In this document: in pieces, positions 34,345 through 43,479 of the stretch
Layout of the letters: every line of letters begins with the position of its first letter
Position numbering within the stretch: position 1 is the first letter of the stretch
Origin: a virus
Taxonomy: Duplodnaviria > Caudoviricetes
Reading direction: 5' to 3' (one strand)
DNA length: 64,000 bases
Virus record (IMG/VR): IMGVR_UViG_3300028887_000077
Span: 86,028-150,027 of that record
Translations under genes and position numbers: made by a program
The notes under the pieces: generated by a model
The model's database searches: none
The model's input: the letters and a program-made list of their open reading frames with translations, nothing else
Told to the model about the DNA's origin: nothing

Positions 34345-35025
34345 TTATCCGTTTGGATTAAAATCTTTGCCGTCAAAACCACTGTATTCAAACTGAAACG
34401 ATCCAGATACGGTTTTGCGAATATCGTCTTCGCTCGCCTGTGAGGCGCCAATAATAGACAACAAATCTTTCATGCCATCTTTAGACAAATCACAGGGATT
34501 ACGATTAATCTTAAGGTTGCGCCCACACGGTTTAAATTCAGTACAGACACCTCCGCGATATTCGCAGAGCGGAACCAGAAGTCCGTCAAATTCCGGACAG
34601 ACCTCGATTACCTGCCTGCACATTTCGGCCACGACTTCTCGTGTTTCTTTTGACGCTTGATTGCACAGGCGTTTATGTGCTATTGTCATAAGCTCTTCGG
34701 CGTTCATATACCACATCATGTCAACCGGTGCGTCCTGCGGAGCTTTGCGGCGGTCATAATCAGACTGCCTGTCGTTTCGCTGTGACTTAACAAATGGTGT
34801 CGCATGAACATGTCTGACCAAATGCGTTGACACCCAGTACGGCACGTCCGTGAGTCTAAAACAGAAATTCAGCGTCCGAATCGGGCTATGGCACGCAGCC
34901 AACAGCCGCTTCTTCCACTCGAGATCCGGTGGAGCAACCGGGGTTTTACCGATTGTTACGAGTGTACACTGTTTTGCTAACATCCAATCCTCATTGGTTG
35001 GATATTTAACAATTTCTACATTCAT
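34345..35025 (-). CDS. thyX: FAD-dependent thymidylate synthase (ThyX family)
   Basis: HSPIR...HLVRH......SQR...N..EL.....RLC.QAS.ETR...P.LVP.C motifs. Confidence 0.85.
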   Translation of the reverse strand: MNVEIVKYPTNEDWMLAKQCTLVTIGKTPVAPPDLEWKKRLLAACHSPIRTLNFCFRLTDVPYWVSTHLVRHVHATPFVKSQRNDRQSDYDRRKAPQDAPVDMMWYMNAEELMTIAHKRLCNQASKETREVVAEMCRQVIEVCPEFDGLLVPLCEYRGGVCTEFKPCGRNLKINRNPCDLSKDGMKDLLSIIGASQASEDDIRKTVSGSFQFEYSGFDGKDFNPNG

Positions 35026-35240
35026 TATTCACCCTCCTGCAAGAGAGCTTTAATCGCCTTTACTGTGTCTTCGTCTTCAACATACCACATGTCGTGTACC
35101 TTAAAGCTGAGCTTTCCAACAACGTCTCCGCCAAGATTGGAAAGAAACTGCCAAAACCTCTGATCTGGGCACCTAAGCCACAGTTGTTTAACCATGTCAA
35201 GAATTTCTGGAATACGATTAGGATCGCGCATCTTATTCAT
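35025..35240 (-). CDS. DUF1040/YihD-like small protein
   Basis: MRDPNRI..IL......W...PDQRF.Q...WYVED. Confidence 0.7.
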   Translation of the reverse strand: MNKMRDPNRIPEILDMVKQLWLRCPDQRFWQFLSNLGGDVVGKLSFKVHDMWYVEDEDTVKAIKALLQEGE

Positions 35241-35267
35241 CTCCTTTATATTTAGGCCCCGGTTATA

Positions 35268-36535
35268 TTATGTTTTCCGGGGCCTATTTTTTATTGCCAA
35301 TTCTGCACGAATATCTTCGACCATTTTTGCGAAGTCTTCGTCAGATATAATCTCCATTACCGGCGACTCGTATGGCAGATAATGTCCTTCGGTTGGTTCA
35401 TCCTTCTTCTCTGGTGGCTCCAAAGAAACCGGAGATAGAACATAATATCTACCAAGGAATTCAACAGCATTCGGATCGTCTGCCGTTGACTCCACGGGTG
35501 CGATCGGCATCTTTTGAGGAACACACGAAAGTATTTCCTCGTCTAAAAGCACCCACGCAAAGTCCCAGTTAAACTTCGTGTATGATTGTGAAAGCGCATA
35601 TATGTACGTGAGTCCGTCAAGAGTGTTGAGTTTAAGGTCCGCGTATTGTGCACGTATTTTTTCCGTCATAGAGTCGATCGCAGCGAACCTGAAGTCTTTA
35701 TACTCATCAGGATCAGCCCCGTCGAACACGCGAGAAACCGTTTGTAGATTTTTGTTCGAACTGAATGTTCGGTATATATCTCTCATCTTATGCAGCACAT
35801 CCGGATCGATTTTAAACGAATCAAGATCGTGGTGTGGAAGCATAGATATATTATGCTTATGGTAGTTGATGTCAAAATCGACAGATTCAAATTCTTTGCA
35901 TATTAGATTCATCGTACAATCGCTATTAATTACCGGTGAGAACCGCCTGTATCTTCTGATAAAAGTCCGTTCGAGTTCTGTTTTCTGCTCTTTCATTAAG
36001 AGCTTTTTAATTGGCATGCGGAACATGCACTTTGATGTCTCATTATACTTAGACTCATAACGCTTATACTTGGCATTAAGTTCTTGGTACAAGTACCGGA
36101 AGAAATATGGCTTCTTCGCTAGAACTAATGAGTTATGATAATATTTCGCTTGTCGTTCTGCGTCTGTATCGTCAGGAAGAATTTTTTGGATCTTCAACCA
36201 CTCGTCTTTTGGCGGGCCCTTTGCGTCGACACCCTTGATTCGGTCGATCTCTTGCCCGTTAATTTCTCTCAGGAGCTTTTTACGCAACAGTAATTCGTTG
36301 TCCTGCGGGGAGTCCTGTGCGAAGAGAGGGCGCATCGCCTCTATAATTGTCGAATAGTTAGAATATGTGCCGACCTTCGTACCAAACCCTCTGATGTCCG
36401 TTTCGACAAAGTTTCTGTGGCAAATTCGCTGAGATGGGACCGCTTCTTTGTCATATGAAATCGGATTCGTTACGTCCTTCATCGAGCCCTTTAATAAAAC
36501 CTCATTGTCAGAGCTCATAACTAAATCGCCATCAA
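35268..36535 (-). CDS. exon 2 of YonO-like single-subunit (RdRP-fold) RNA polymerase
   Basis: Begins TT-GAT-GGC-GAT (F|DGD); includes GTYSN, Q.IDRIKG and KPYFFRY.Y motifs. Confidence 0.9.
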
Positions 36536-36852
36536 CCAAAACACCCTCGGTTTCCCGATATTTATTAGGGGAGTAGACTATCTCTTCGGCTTACACCCTT
36601 TTAACAAATGTAAGTCGCTCGGCACTTTGGAAATACGAGTTTCACGCATTCCCTACTCTACTCGCTTCTTTTGCGTTGTGTTTCTCAACGCATATGCTTT
36701 CGATAGTCGTTACACCTTCTCAATTAAGAGCTTGGCACGGTATTATCATTTTACAAATTTCACCGTTAGCCGAACCGTTGGTTCGACACCCTGCTTTTGC
36801 AGGTTCACCGAGTTTACTACCGGTCGTCGCCGACCGGCGGACCCTGATCACT
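36536..36852 (-). ncRNA. group I self-splicing intron, 317 nt, no ORF
   Basis: 5' exon ends in U (GACU) pairing with GGUC (P1); P2 hairpin 36819-36838; P3 CUCGG/CCGAG; P7 GACUAUC (36702-36708)/GAUAGUC (36576-36582); P9 with GAAA loop; terminal G; removal restores the frame and DFDGD. Confidence 0.93.
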
Positions 36853-38527
36853 AGTCACTGTCTGAATGTCTTAATGTACTCAGATCATAAATCGAGTAAA
36901 TAATGCCGCTGTGTATGTGGGAGTACCACTTTCGTGCTTCGTCGCTTGAATAGAGCGTACAGTGATTCACCTCGTGCTTATCCAGCAGCGGCGAACGACA
37001 AAGCACAATCTCGTCTCCCGGACTTTTCCTCCGTTGCCAGAACTCCGAATAAATATGCTCACCGGGGATTTCTCCGTCCACCGGAAGCCGTAACGCAGCC
37101 CGGCACTGTGCGATCGGGTCAGAGATCATGAACGAGTAATTCCCTCTCACCCATATCTTACCGATTTTCGTTCGGTTAATAGTCTCTACAATATTTCGAT
37201 ATATTTTTTTCTGGACATATGCGTCCTTTAAGAAGTCTGGGTCTTTTACAACCGCCTTCATAGCGAGGTTTTGTGCTCGCACAAACACATCGTTGTATGT
37301 GACCAGGCGGTCTGAGGAAAACCCTCCGAGAGAATAAAGCAACGCATACACGTCATCGCCAGAACATATCTTATTGACCCAGTCGATTGTTGGGGCAACA
37401 AGTCGCTTAATATCATCCTTATTAATATTAAGCACTTGGATGATCTGGTAGTTTGCGAGAACATACTCGTCGTCTATGGCCCGATTATATCTAGAAACAC
37501 CCCAGCCGATGTTGTACTTGGTGGTGTATCTCAAATAGTCCTCATAAGACGAATAGTACTTGTACTGCTTAAACTGACTTTCTGAAAGCAGAACGTCGAT
37601 CTCGTCCACGTTGTGTGGGTTTCCCCATCGGTCGTATATGATTGATATGCCGTGCTCTTTGGCGTATGCACGAAAATCAAACGGTACCAGATTACCTTTT
37701 GTCCATATTGTTCGGACGACAAAGCTTGACGGGACATATTTAAGAGACATGTTTTCAGACCATCTCTTGGCCATATCCGGCGAAATAAGCCCCTGCCCGT
37801 CAAAGCTGTTCATCTTAATATCTACGACGCGCTCTTCTACAAGCTTTTTCGTCTTCGTTGTTCCGTCTGCAAGCACAACATCTTTGTTGACGATCCAGTC
37901 GAGCTTCTGATCCTTTAGCGTAGTAAATGCATCCGGGATAACACAAACCCTTGGTGTATCAACCCACATAACAGAGGATGTCGCCAGCGAAAAATACGCA
38001 GAAAGCTTCGCTATGTTAATTTCCTTAACGCGGTCCGTAAGCCCACACATCAATCGCTTTTGAAGCTCTTGATAGATCTCTGCGTTACAGAAAATAACGC
38101 AATTTCTTCGTATATTCCCGGCCGAGGCGCTAAATCTAACATACCGAACACCGTTTAAGTAAAACCCGTTCTTTGCCAGTCTTCTGTAGTCGGATTTTTT
38201 AAACACTTCAACGATCGCAAAGTCTTTTACATAGAGCGTCTTTGTCAAAAAGCTCCAATAAACCTTTGCGTTTTCGTTGTCCCCATCTCGTTTTGCTCTT
38301 CGTAAATTTTGCCTGATCTTTTGAACAAGAGCGAAGATTTCTTTCGGTGATCGATTGTCGCCTCTGATTTTTCGGGCTTGTGCAAATGCGATGTTGTCGC
38401 CGCACGAAACAATGCTGTTTGTTGGCGCCGCTTTCTGCAGCCCGAAACCCTGAATGTTTAAGTTGTTCTGACAGATGAAAGTAGAAGACAGTTTAACAAT
38501 CTGGTATAAAACCTGTTCTTGTATCAC
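36853..38527 (-). CDS. exon 1 of YonO-like single-subunit (RdRP-fold) RNA polymerase; spliced product ~980 aa
   Basis: KLSAYFSL, FDGQGLISP, R....KG, SQFK, CRSP and ...DSD|FDGD motifs of the cellular-RdRP/SPbeta YonO family. Confidence 0.9.
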
Positions 38528-38542
38528 CTTATAGTCTTCTCC

Positions 38543-39112
38543 TTAGTTGCTGTGAAAAAGTATTTCCTCTCCCATTGGAGACAAAAGAAATTTAGTGATC
38601 GTAGCAACATCCGTCTCCAACACGGACAAATTAAATTCGTTGTTAATAGTAAAATCTGCTTTATAATCGTTCATATCGACCTCAGACGCATGCTTCTTTT
38701 GTTCCTCTGTTAATCCGTTGTCGAAATTCGGCCGGACCACACGACAAACCGTGTATGTAAAATCCTTAAATCCGTTAGCCTCATTTTTATATCGACAATC
38801 TGGTATTAACATATAGTCTGCGTCAGAACCAAGAGCGATCTCACGACAGATATTTACCCAGCACATCGGATTGTTTTTTCGATAAGCCGTTCCTACATTT
38901 TGAAGAATGGTTCTTCCAACAGGTCCCTTATCGCCTACAATCCATCCGTAAGATGTGCTGCATAGCATTTTTAGTGGATCTGCAAAATGGTAAATAATAA
39001 CGCTTTTCCCGGCCTCTTCGAGAAACTTTTTCATAAACGAAGCGGTCGTGTCTTTTCCATGGCGAGCAGAGCCAGATAATAAAATGATTTTAGTATTTTT
39101 CATATGTGTCAA
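38543..39112 (-). CDS. deoxynucleoside monophosphate kinase
   Basis: P-loop GSARHGKDT, FADPLK, R..LQ..GT, IPDCRY.NE, H.SE. Confidence 0.85.
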   Translation of the reverse strand: MTHMKNTKIILLSGSARHGKDTTASFMKKFLEEAGKSVIIYHFADPLKMLCSTSYGWIVGDKGPVGRTILQNVGTAYRKNNPMCWVNICREIALGSDADYMLIPDCRYKNEANGFKDFTYTVCRVVRPNFDNGLTEEQKKHASEVDMNDYKADFTINNEFNLSVLETDVATITKFLLSPMGEEILFHSN

Positions 39113-39716
39113 CCCGCATTAGCTCTTTTTCCACAAGTGCGAACTCTAAAATTCTAATGATTTCTTTCCAGGTGTCAACAATATATAAATTATCCAAAAC
39201 GGCGGTCTGTTTGTTCCACTGTCTATCTATTCCGCGTTTATATAAAATCTTACAGTTCGCGTTCGTAGTTGCAAGTGCGTCAAACCGGTCGTCGATTTGG
39301 ATTCCGTTTGTCATATTAATATGTGATTTGTCGTAACAATTTACTTCTTTTGATAAAGCACATGGCAGGAAGGTTGCTTTTGAGAAATGCTTTTTTAAGA
39401 ACGCTTCCTTCCTTTTTAAATTAAGCGGTATGCCCTTCGAGACAAAAACAAAGTTGAAATGCCGTTTGTGATCGTGATAAAAACGCTTAAAGTCCGGATC
39501 AATCTGAACAATATCCCAAAACCTCTCCGATGCGAAGATTTCGTTTACGTTATCGAAATTGGCCCCGGAATAGATCGACCGGTATCCCCAGTCGGTAACG
39601 TCCTTTACGGTTTTATTTGTTCCGTATTTTTCGTTCATGATTTGAACGACGGCTTCGGACGAATGAAGCACTGTGTCGTCGACGTCTAAAAATAATGTAA
39701 TTTTTTCTTTGCCCAT
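39090..39716 (-). CDS. HAD-family 5'(3')-deoxyribonucleotidase-like protein
   Basis: LFLDVDDTV motif I; DKS...IQIDDR motif IV. Confidence 0.8.
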   Translation of the reverse strand: MGKEKITLFLDVDDTVLHSSEAVVQIMNEKYGTNKTVKDVTDWGYRSIYSGANFDNVNEIFASERFWDIVQIDPDFKRFYHDHKRHFNFVFVSKGIPLNLKRKEAFLKKHFSKATFLPCALSKEVNCYDKSHINMTNGIQIDDRFDALATTNANCKILYKRGIDRQWNKQTAVLDNLYIVDTWKEIIRILEFALVEKELMRVDTYEKY

Positions 39717-39785
39717 AATGTGTTAACGCATCAATATATGCCCTCCTTTATTTATAAAGGCCTTTCGGCCTCTGCTTTCGTGTAT

Positions 39786-39814
39786 ATTATATCATATACA
39801 TTGTAGGTTGTCAA
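39786..39814 (-). promoter_or_regulatory. promoter P1 (leftward; nucleotidase-kinase-RNAP operon)
   Basis: Exact TTGACA-17-TATAAT with TG extension. Confidence 0.9.
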
Positions 39815-39863
39815 GTGTTTTTTGGTAATTTTTCATGTTTTTTAAAAATTTTTTCATTTTCTA

Positions 39864-39892
39864 TTGACAAATCGAATTTGACGTGCTAAAAT
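39864..39892 (+). promoter_or_regulatory. promoter P2 (rightward, into the non-coding core)
   Basis: TTGACA-17-TAAAAT with TGn extended -10. Confidence 0.8.
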
Positions 39893-39960
39893 ATTTGGGT
39901 GGCGGGAGGGAATAGATGAATAAGACGAATAATAATATAATTATAATTAGTTTAATTACT

Positions 39961-40023
39961 ATTATACCTTATCAGGTATAAAAATATAATATATATATTG
40001 AATTATACCTTATTGGGTATAAT
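39961..40023. repeat. two related palindromes in an AT-rich core
   Basis: TATACCT-tatc-AGGTATA and ATTATACC-ttattg-GGTATAAT, 41 bp apart, sharing ATTATACCTTAT. Confidence 0.85.
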
Positions 40024-40076
40024 ATTTATATTACTTTTAAACTCCTTTTGTTTATCTTTTCCCGCCCACCACCCAT

Positions 40077-40105
40077 ATTATAACTCGGGGAAAACGATTT
40101 GTCAA
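40077..40105 (-). promoter_or_regulatory. promoter P3 (leftward, into the non-coding core)
   Basis: Exact TTGACA-17-TATAAT; shares TTGACAAATCG with P2. Confidence 0.85.
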
Positions 40106-40144
40106 GGGGTTTTGTAGAAAAAAATAAAAAATCTCGAAAAGGTC

Positions 40145-40173
40145 TTGACAAACCATAATCGATGATGTATAAT
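40145..40173 (+). promoter_or_regulatory. promoter P4 (rightward operon)
   Basis: Exact TTGACA-17-TATAAT. Confidence 0.9.
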
Positions 40174-40212
40174 AAAGACAACAAACCGGATGGTATCCGG
40201 GAAGGAGGATAT

Positions 40213-40434
40213 ATGCCAGATTTTAAATTCGGGAGTCGATTCGAGAAAGAAACGCGCGAGGAGCTGCTTGCGTACTTGAGAATGGTAAAGAACAAAAAAT
40301 CGTTCGGAGAAGTTGCTGCGTGGATTGTTGGATTTTGGCAATCCGCAACAGCAGAAGAAAACGAAATGTTCATCAGTGCGCTCGGAGACCGATCTTTCTG
40401 GGAGGAAATCTTAAAGGAGAATGACGATGCGTAA
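40213..40434 (+). CDS. hypothetical protein
   Basis: AAGGAGG SD. Confidence 0.75.
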   Translation: MPDFKFGSRFEKETREELLAYLRMVKNKKSFGEVAAWIVGFWQSATAEENEMFISALGDRSFWEEILKENDDA

Positions 40435-40972
40435 CAAAGAGATTGAACAATTAAAAGAGAGGTTTTATTCAGTTAAGAGCCCCAACGACCTGAAGGCCCT
40501 TGCAAACGAATTCTTCCTTTTTATTGAAGACACGCTCATGCGCGAGGAAATGATTTGTCGCGCATACGAAGAGTTCGAGGCAGAACAAAAAGAGATGCAT
40601 AAGTGCGTGCCGGTGTTCGCAAGGGAAATCGAATTCCTTAAGAGGATTGACGACAAAACCGACCGGCGCCTTATGTACGGACTGCTCTTTGCTCGCAAGT
40701 ATAACTATCACAAATCGGGATGGATCAAGCTCGACATGAACGAGCTTCGGTATCTTACGAGAATGCCGAAGCTGAAGTCTGAGGATTTGTCCGCGCTTAT
40801 TAAATACAGAATTGAGATGCGTGTCATCGGAAAGAGAGATTCGACCGTTACCTTTATGGATCCTGACATTCTGATCTACGGGTACACAGAAGAAACCTAT
40901 GACGATGATTCCTTCGGATTTCTGACGAAGGCGGATTGTCCGTACAAATTTGAGGATTTATGCTGCCAATAA
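40421..40972 (+). CDS. hypothetical protein, possible winged-helix DNA-binding protein
   Basis: AAGGAG SD; PV...EI...I.....RL.Y.LL..RK....GWI. Confidence 0.75.
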   Translation: MTMRNKEIEQLKERFYSVKSPNDLKALANEFFLFIEDTLMREEMICRAYEEFEAEQKEMHKCVPVFAREIEFLKRIDDKTDRRLMYGLLFARKYNYHKSGWIKLDMNELRYLTRMPKLKSEDLSALIKYRIEMRVIGKRDSTVTFMDPDILIYGYTEETYDDDSFGFLTKADCPYKFEDLCCQ

Positions 40973-41730
40973 ACAAGTCCGATGTCTGTAGGCGTATGCT
41001 GGACACCGGTAAATACCAGTTGTCTTCCAGCAAGATCGTTGAGGACGTATGGCTGATTGCGTGGCTGAAGTCAAAGGGTATCGGGTATGATGATGCGTTT
41101 GAAAAGTGGAAGCGTATTTACATCACCCGACACCCGGATGACGAAACTGCGAAGTCTGTGTTTGACAAGCTATGGATGAACTCGCGCCGAACACGGTTTA
41201 TCAATAAGTATAAGCCAATCGTTTTCTATCAACAAGAGATTGACGATATTGTTGCCGCCAACATTCCGGTGTGGCAAAAAGAAGCTATTGCGTTGATGTA
41301 TGCAGTAGCAAAAACGGTTGGATCATCTGAGTTAGATGTTTTGCCTATGTCTGACATTGTTCGTATGACATCTCTTGTATGTTATCATCATGGATATGAA
41401 ATTGACAGCGTATTAGAAAATGCACAAAAATTTGGTTTCGTGCGTTTTAAGACAACAAAGCTGTGGGATAACGCATCTGGGGAATACGATACATTTCTTC
41501 GTTATGCATTTCCTCATATACAAGTATCCGGAGACATATATAAAGAAATAAAGTCTGTATTAGATGTTCCAGAAAATATTTTCGAAGCGTTGTCTGTGTC
41601 TGTATGTGTAGACTGTGGTAGGTTGTTTAAACAAAAAATAATTGGCAGAAGGCAAAAAGAGCCAAGATGCCCTGAATGTTATGTACAATATGTACAAATA
41701 AAAGAGAAAAAAAGATTATCTCATTGTTAA
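40960..41730 (+). CDS. hypothetical protein with C-terminal Zn ribbon
   Basis: CVDCG...RCPEC; central segment resembles 40421-40972. Confidence 0.75.
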   Translation: MLPINKSDVCRRMLDTGKYQLSSSKIVEDVWLIAWLKSKGIGYDDAFEKWKRIYITRHPDDETAKSVFDKLWMNSRRTRFINKYKPIVFYQQEIDDIVAANIPVWQKEAIALMYAVAKTVGSSELDVLPMSDIVRMTSLVCYHHGYEIDSVLENAQKFGFVRFKTTKLWDNASGEYDTFLRYAFPHIQVSGDIYKEIKSVLDVPENIFEALSVSVCVDCGRLFKQKIIGRRQKEPRCPECYVQYVQIKEKKRLSHC

Positions 41731-41820
41731 AAACACAAAACAGAGCATTTACCCTAGATGGATATAGAATGAATAAATATCATATATATCTATTTGACGC
41801 TGCAATAGCGGCGTCTCTAT

Positions 41821-41896
41821 GCTTCTTTAGCTCAGTTGGCAGAGCAACGGTCTGTTAAACCGTGGGTCGTAGGTCCGAGCCCTACAGGAAGCGCCA
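41821..41896 (+). tRNA. trnN: tRNA-Asn(GTT)
   Basis: Cloverleaf: GCTTCTT/AGGAAGC acceptor, ACGGT-ctGTTaa-ACCGT anticodon arm, G73, encoded CCA; T-loop TCCGAGC. Confidence 0.92.
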
Positions 41897-42114
41897 GATA
41901 GAACCAGACAAGCCTCCTAACAATGCTCAAATCGTCTGGTCTTTCACCAATTACCCCAAAGGCCAAGGGGTCGGTTGGGTTTGCCCTCACTCGGTGGTAC
42001 CGATCAGCTGTCAAACCTCTGTACACGGGTCGCTCCCGGTGGTATATGTTCCCAAAGCAGCAGAAAGCCATCGTATTTGTAAAAAGGAATTATAGGATAG
42101 AAAAGGAGAGTTAT

Positions 42115-43368
42115 ATGATCGAAGAGGAATTTAGCATCCGGGACAATGAAACGGAAGAAGAGTATATCATGCGAGCTTGCAAGCTCGGCTTAGATCAAGG
42201 TATGACGTGGTGGGAAATCACCGACATCATTAACCGCGAAACAGAAAGAAACTCAGATGAAAGCACATACCGCAGGCGGTATAAAGCATACACAATGGGG
42301 TTAAAAGCGGCCAAGCAGCAAAGTGAAGATCAAATTCGAATCCCGGTTGAGGATGCTATTAACTCTAATGATACGACTGCTGATGATGACAAGGACGATG
42401 ATTACGTCTCCAAACTTTTTGAAGCACGCTTGTCTGCCCAGAAAGAGAAAGTCAAGCTCAGCGACGAAAGGGTGCAAATCAACGCATATATTCGTCGTTT
42501 GGCAAGAGAAGAGACGCTAAAAGAGCTCGGTTTGCAAGCGGCCGAGATGATGAATGATAAAAAGCTTCTGTCGCCGCTCTGTGTTTTTAAGAATAATGGT
42601 GTAAATTCTGCAGAACTGCTTATTTCTGATTGGCATCTGGGCATAGAGTTTGATAATTATATTAATTCTTATAATTTGGATATTGCCAAAAAGAGACTTT
42701 CCGATCTTCGCAATAAAGCAACACAAATTTGTCTTGATAATAACGTTAAAAGATTAAACGTTGTTAATTTATCAGATCTTATTGCCGGCAGGATCCATCT
42801 TCAAATCAGGTTGTCCAGCAGGATTGACGTTATTCAGCAAACACAGCTTGCTGCCGAACTTCTTGCCGAGATGCTTTCTGAGTTTGCCGATGAATTTGAG
42901 GTTCATTATTATGATTGCCTTGATAATCATAGTCGCGTTGAACCCAATAAAAAAGAGTCTATGAATTTAGAGTCGTTCGCGTTGTTTATTCCGTGGTACC
43001 TTAAAGGAAGAAAGGGAGTATGCGACAAAGGCGTTGTCATTCACGACAATAAGCTTGGGCCTGACATTATTACGTTTACAGAAAAAGGTCATAAAATTCT
43101 TGGTGTGCATGGCGATAAAGACGCTCTTAACGACATTGTTCGTAAGATGTCCACCATGACGCACGAGTATTATGATATGATTGTGACAGCTCATTTACAT
43201 CATTTTAATGCAGATGAGCAAAACGAAACCCTGATTGTCAGCAATGGTTCTTTGATGGGGACAGATGACTATGCTTATGACAAGCGATTGTCTAGCAAGC
43301 CATCTCAAACGCTGATTATTACAACCGACGACTGTGTGGCGCACGCTATTTATAGAATTGTTGTTTAA
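42115..43368 (+). CDS. calcineurin-like metallophosphoesterase (SPbeta YonJ-like) with N-terminal HTH-like region
   Basis: ISDWHLG, LSDLI.G, DNHSR, HGD, AHLHH, NGSL.GTD.YA; AAGGAG SD before ATG42115. Confidence 0.85.
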   Translation: MIEEEFSIRDNETEEEYIMRACKLGLDQGMTWWEITDIINRETERNSDESTYRRRYKAYTMGLKAAKQQSEDQIRIPVEDAINSNDTTADDDKDDDYVSKLFEARLSAQKEKVKLSDERVQINAYIRRLAREETLKELGLQAAEMMNDKKLLSPLCVFKNNGVNSAELLISDWHLGIEFDNYINSYNLDIAKKRLSDLRNKATQICLDNNVKRLNVVNLSDLIAGRIHLQIRLSSRIDVIQQTQLAAELLAEMLSEFADEFEVHYYDCLDNHSRVEPNKKESMNLESFALFIPWYLKGRKGVCDKGVVIHDNKLGPDIITFTEKGHKILGVHGDKDALNDIVRKMSTMTHEYYDMIVTAHLHHFNADEQNETLIVSNGSLMGTDDYAYDKRLSSKPSQTLIITTDDCVAHAIYRIVV

Positions 43369-43387
43369 GTTAATATAAGATATAAAC

Positions 43388-43444
43388 AATCGGGACAGGG
43401 ACTAGCTATCCTTTTTAACCGCCCAAACGGTTAAATTACCGATT
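43388..43444 (+). ncRNA. candidate three-way-junction RNA leader of the endonuclease gene
   Basis: AATCGG/CCGATT closing stem enclosing GGGA-ctagcta-TCCT and TTTAACCG-cccaaa-CGGTTAAA hairpins. Confidence 0.45.
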
Positions 43445-43479
43445 TTTTATTATATTTATTTTTTTTGGGGGAGATAAAT

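Noticed and set aside
27755-39725. Genome-wide stop-codon reassignment suggested by two in-frame TAAs
   Set aside because: TAA ends most genes right before the next SD, long genes are intact in the standard code, and no suppressor tRNA is seen. The TAG in the RNAP is explained by the intron.
40026-40373. Minus-strand ORFs 40026-40373 and 40102-40341 as products of the promoter cluster
   Set aside because: They overlap P3/P4 and the SD-supported 40213 gene, start upstream of P3, and lack an SD.
41897-41945. tRNA-associated theta/HDV-like ribozyme
   Set aside because: AGCCTCCT resembles HDV P3/L3, but I could not build P3', P1 or the nested pseudoknot; it folds as a simple interrupted hairpin.
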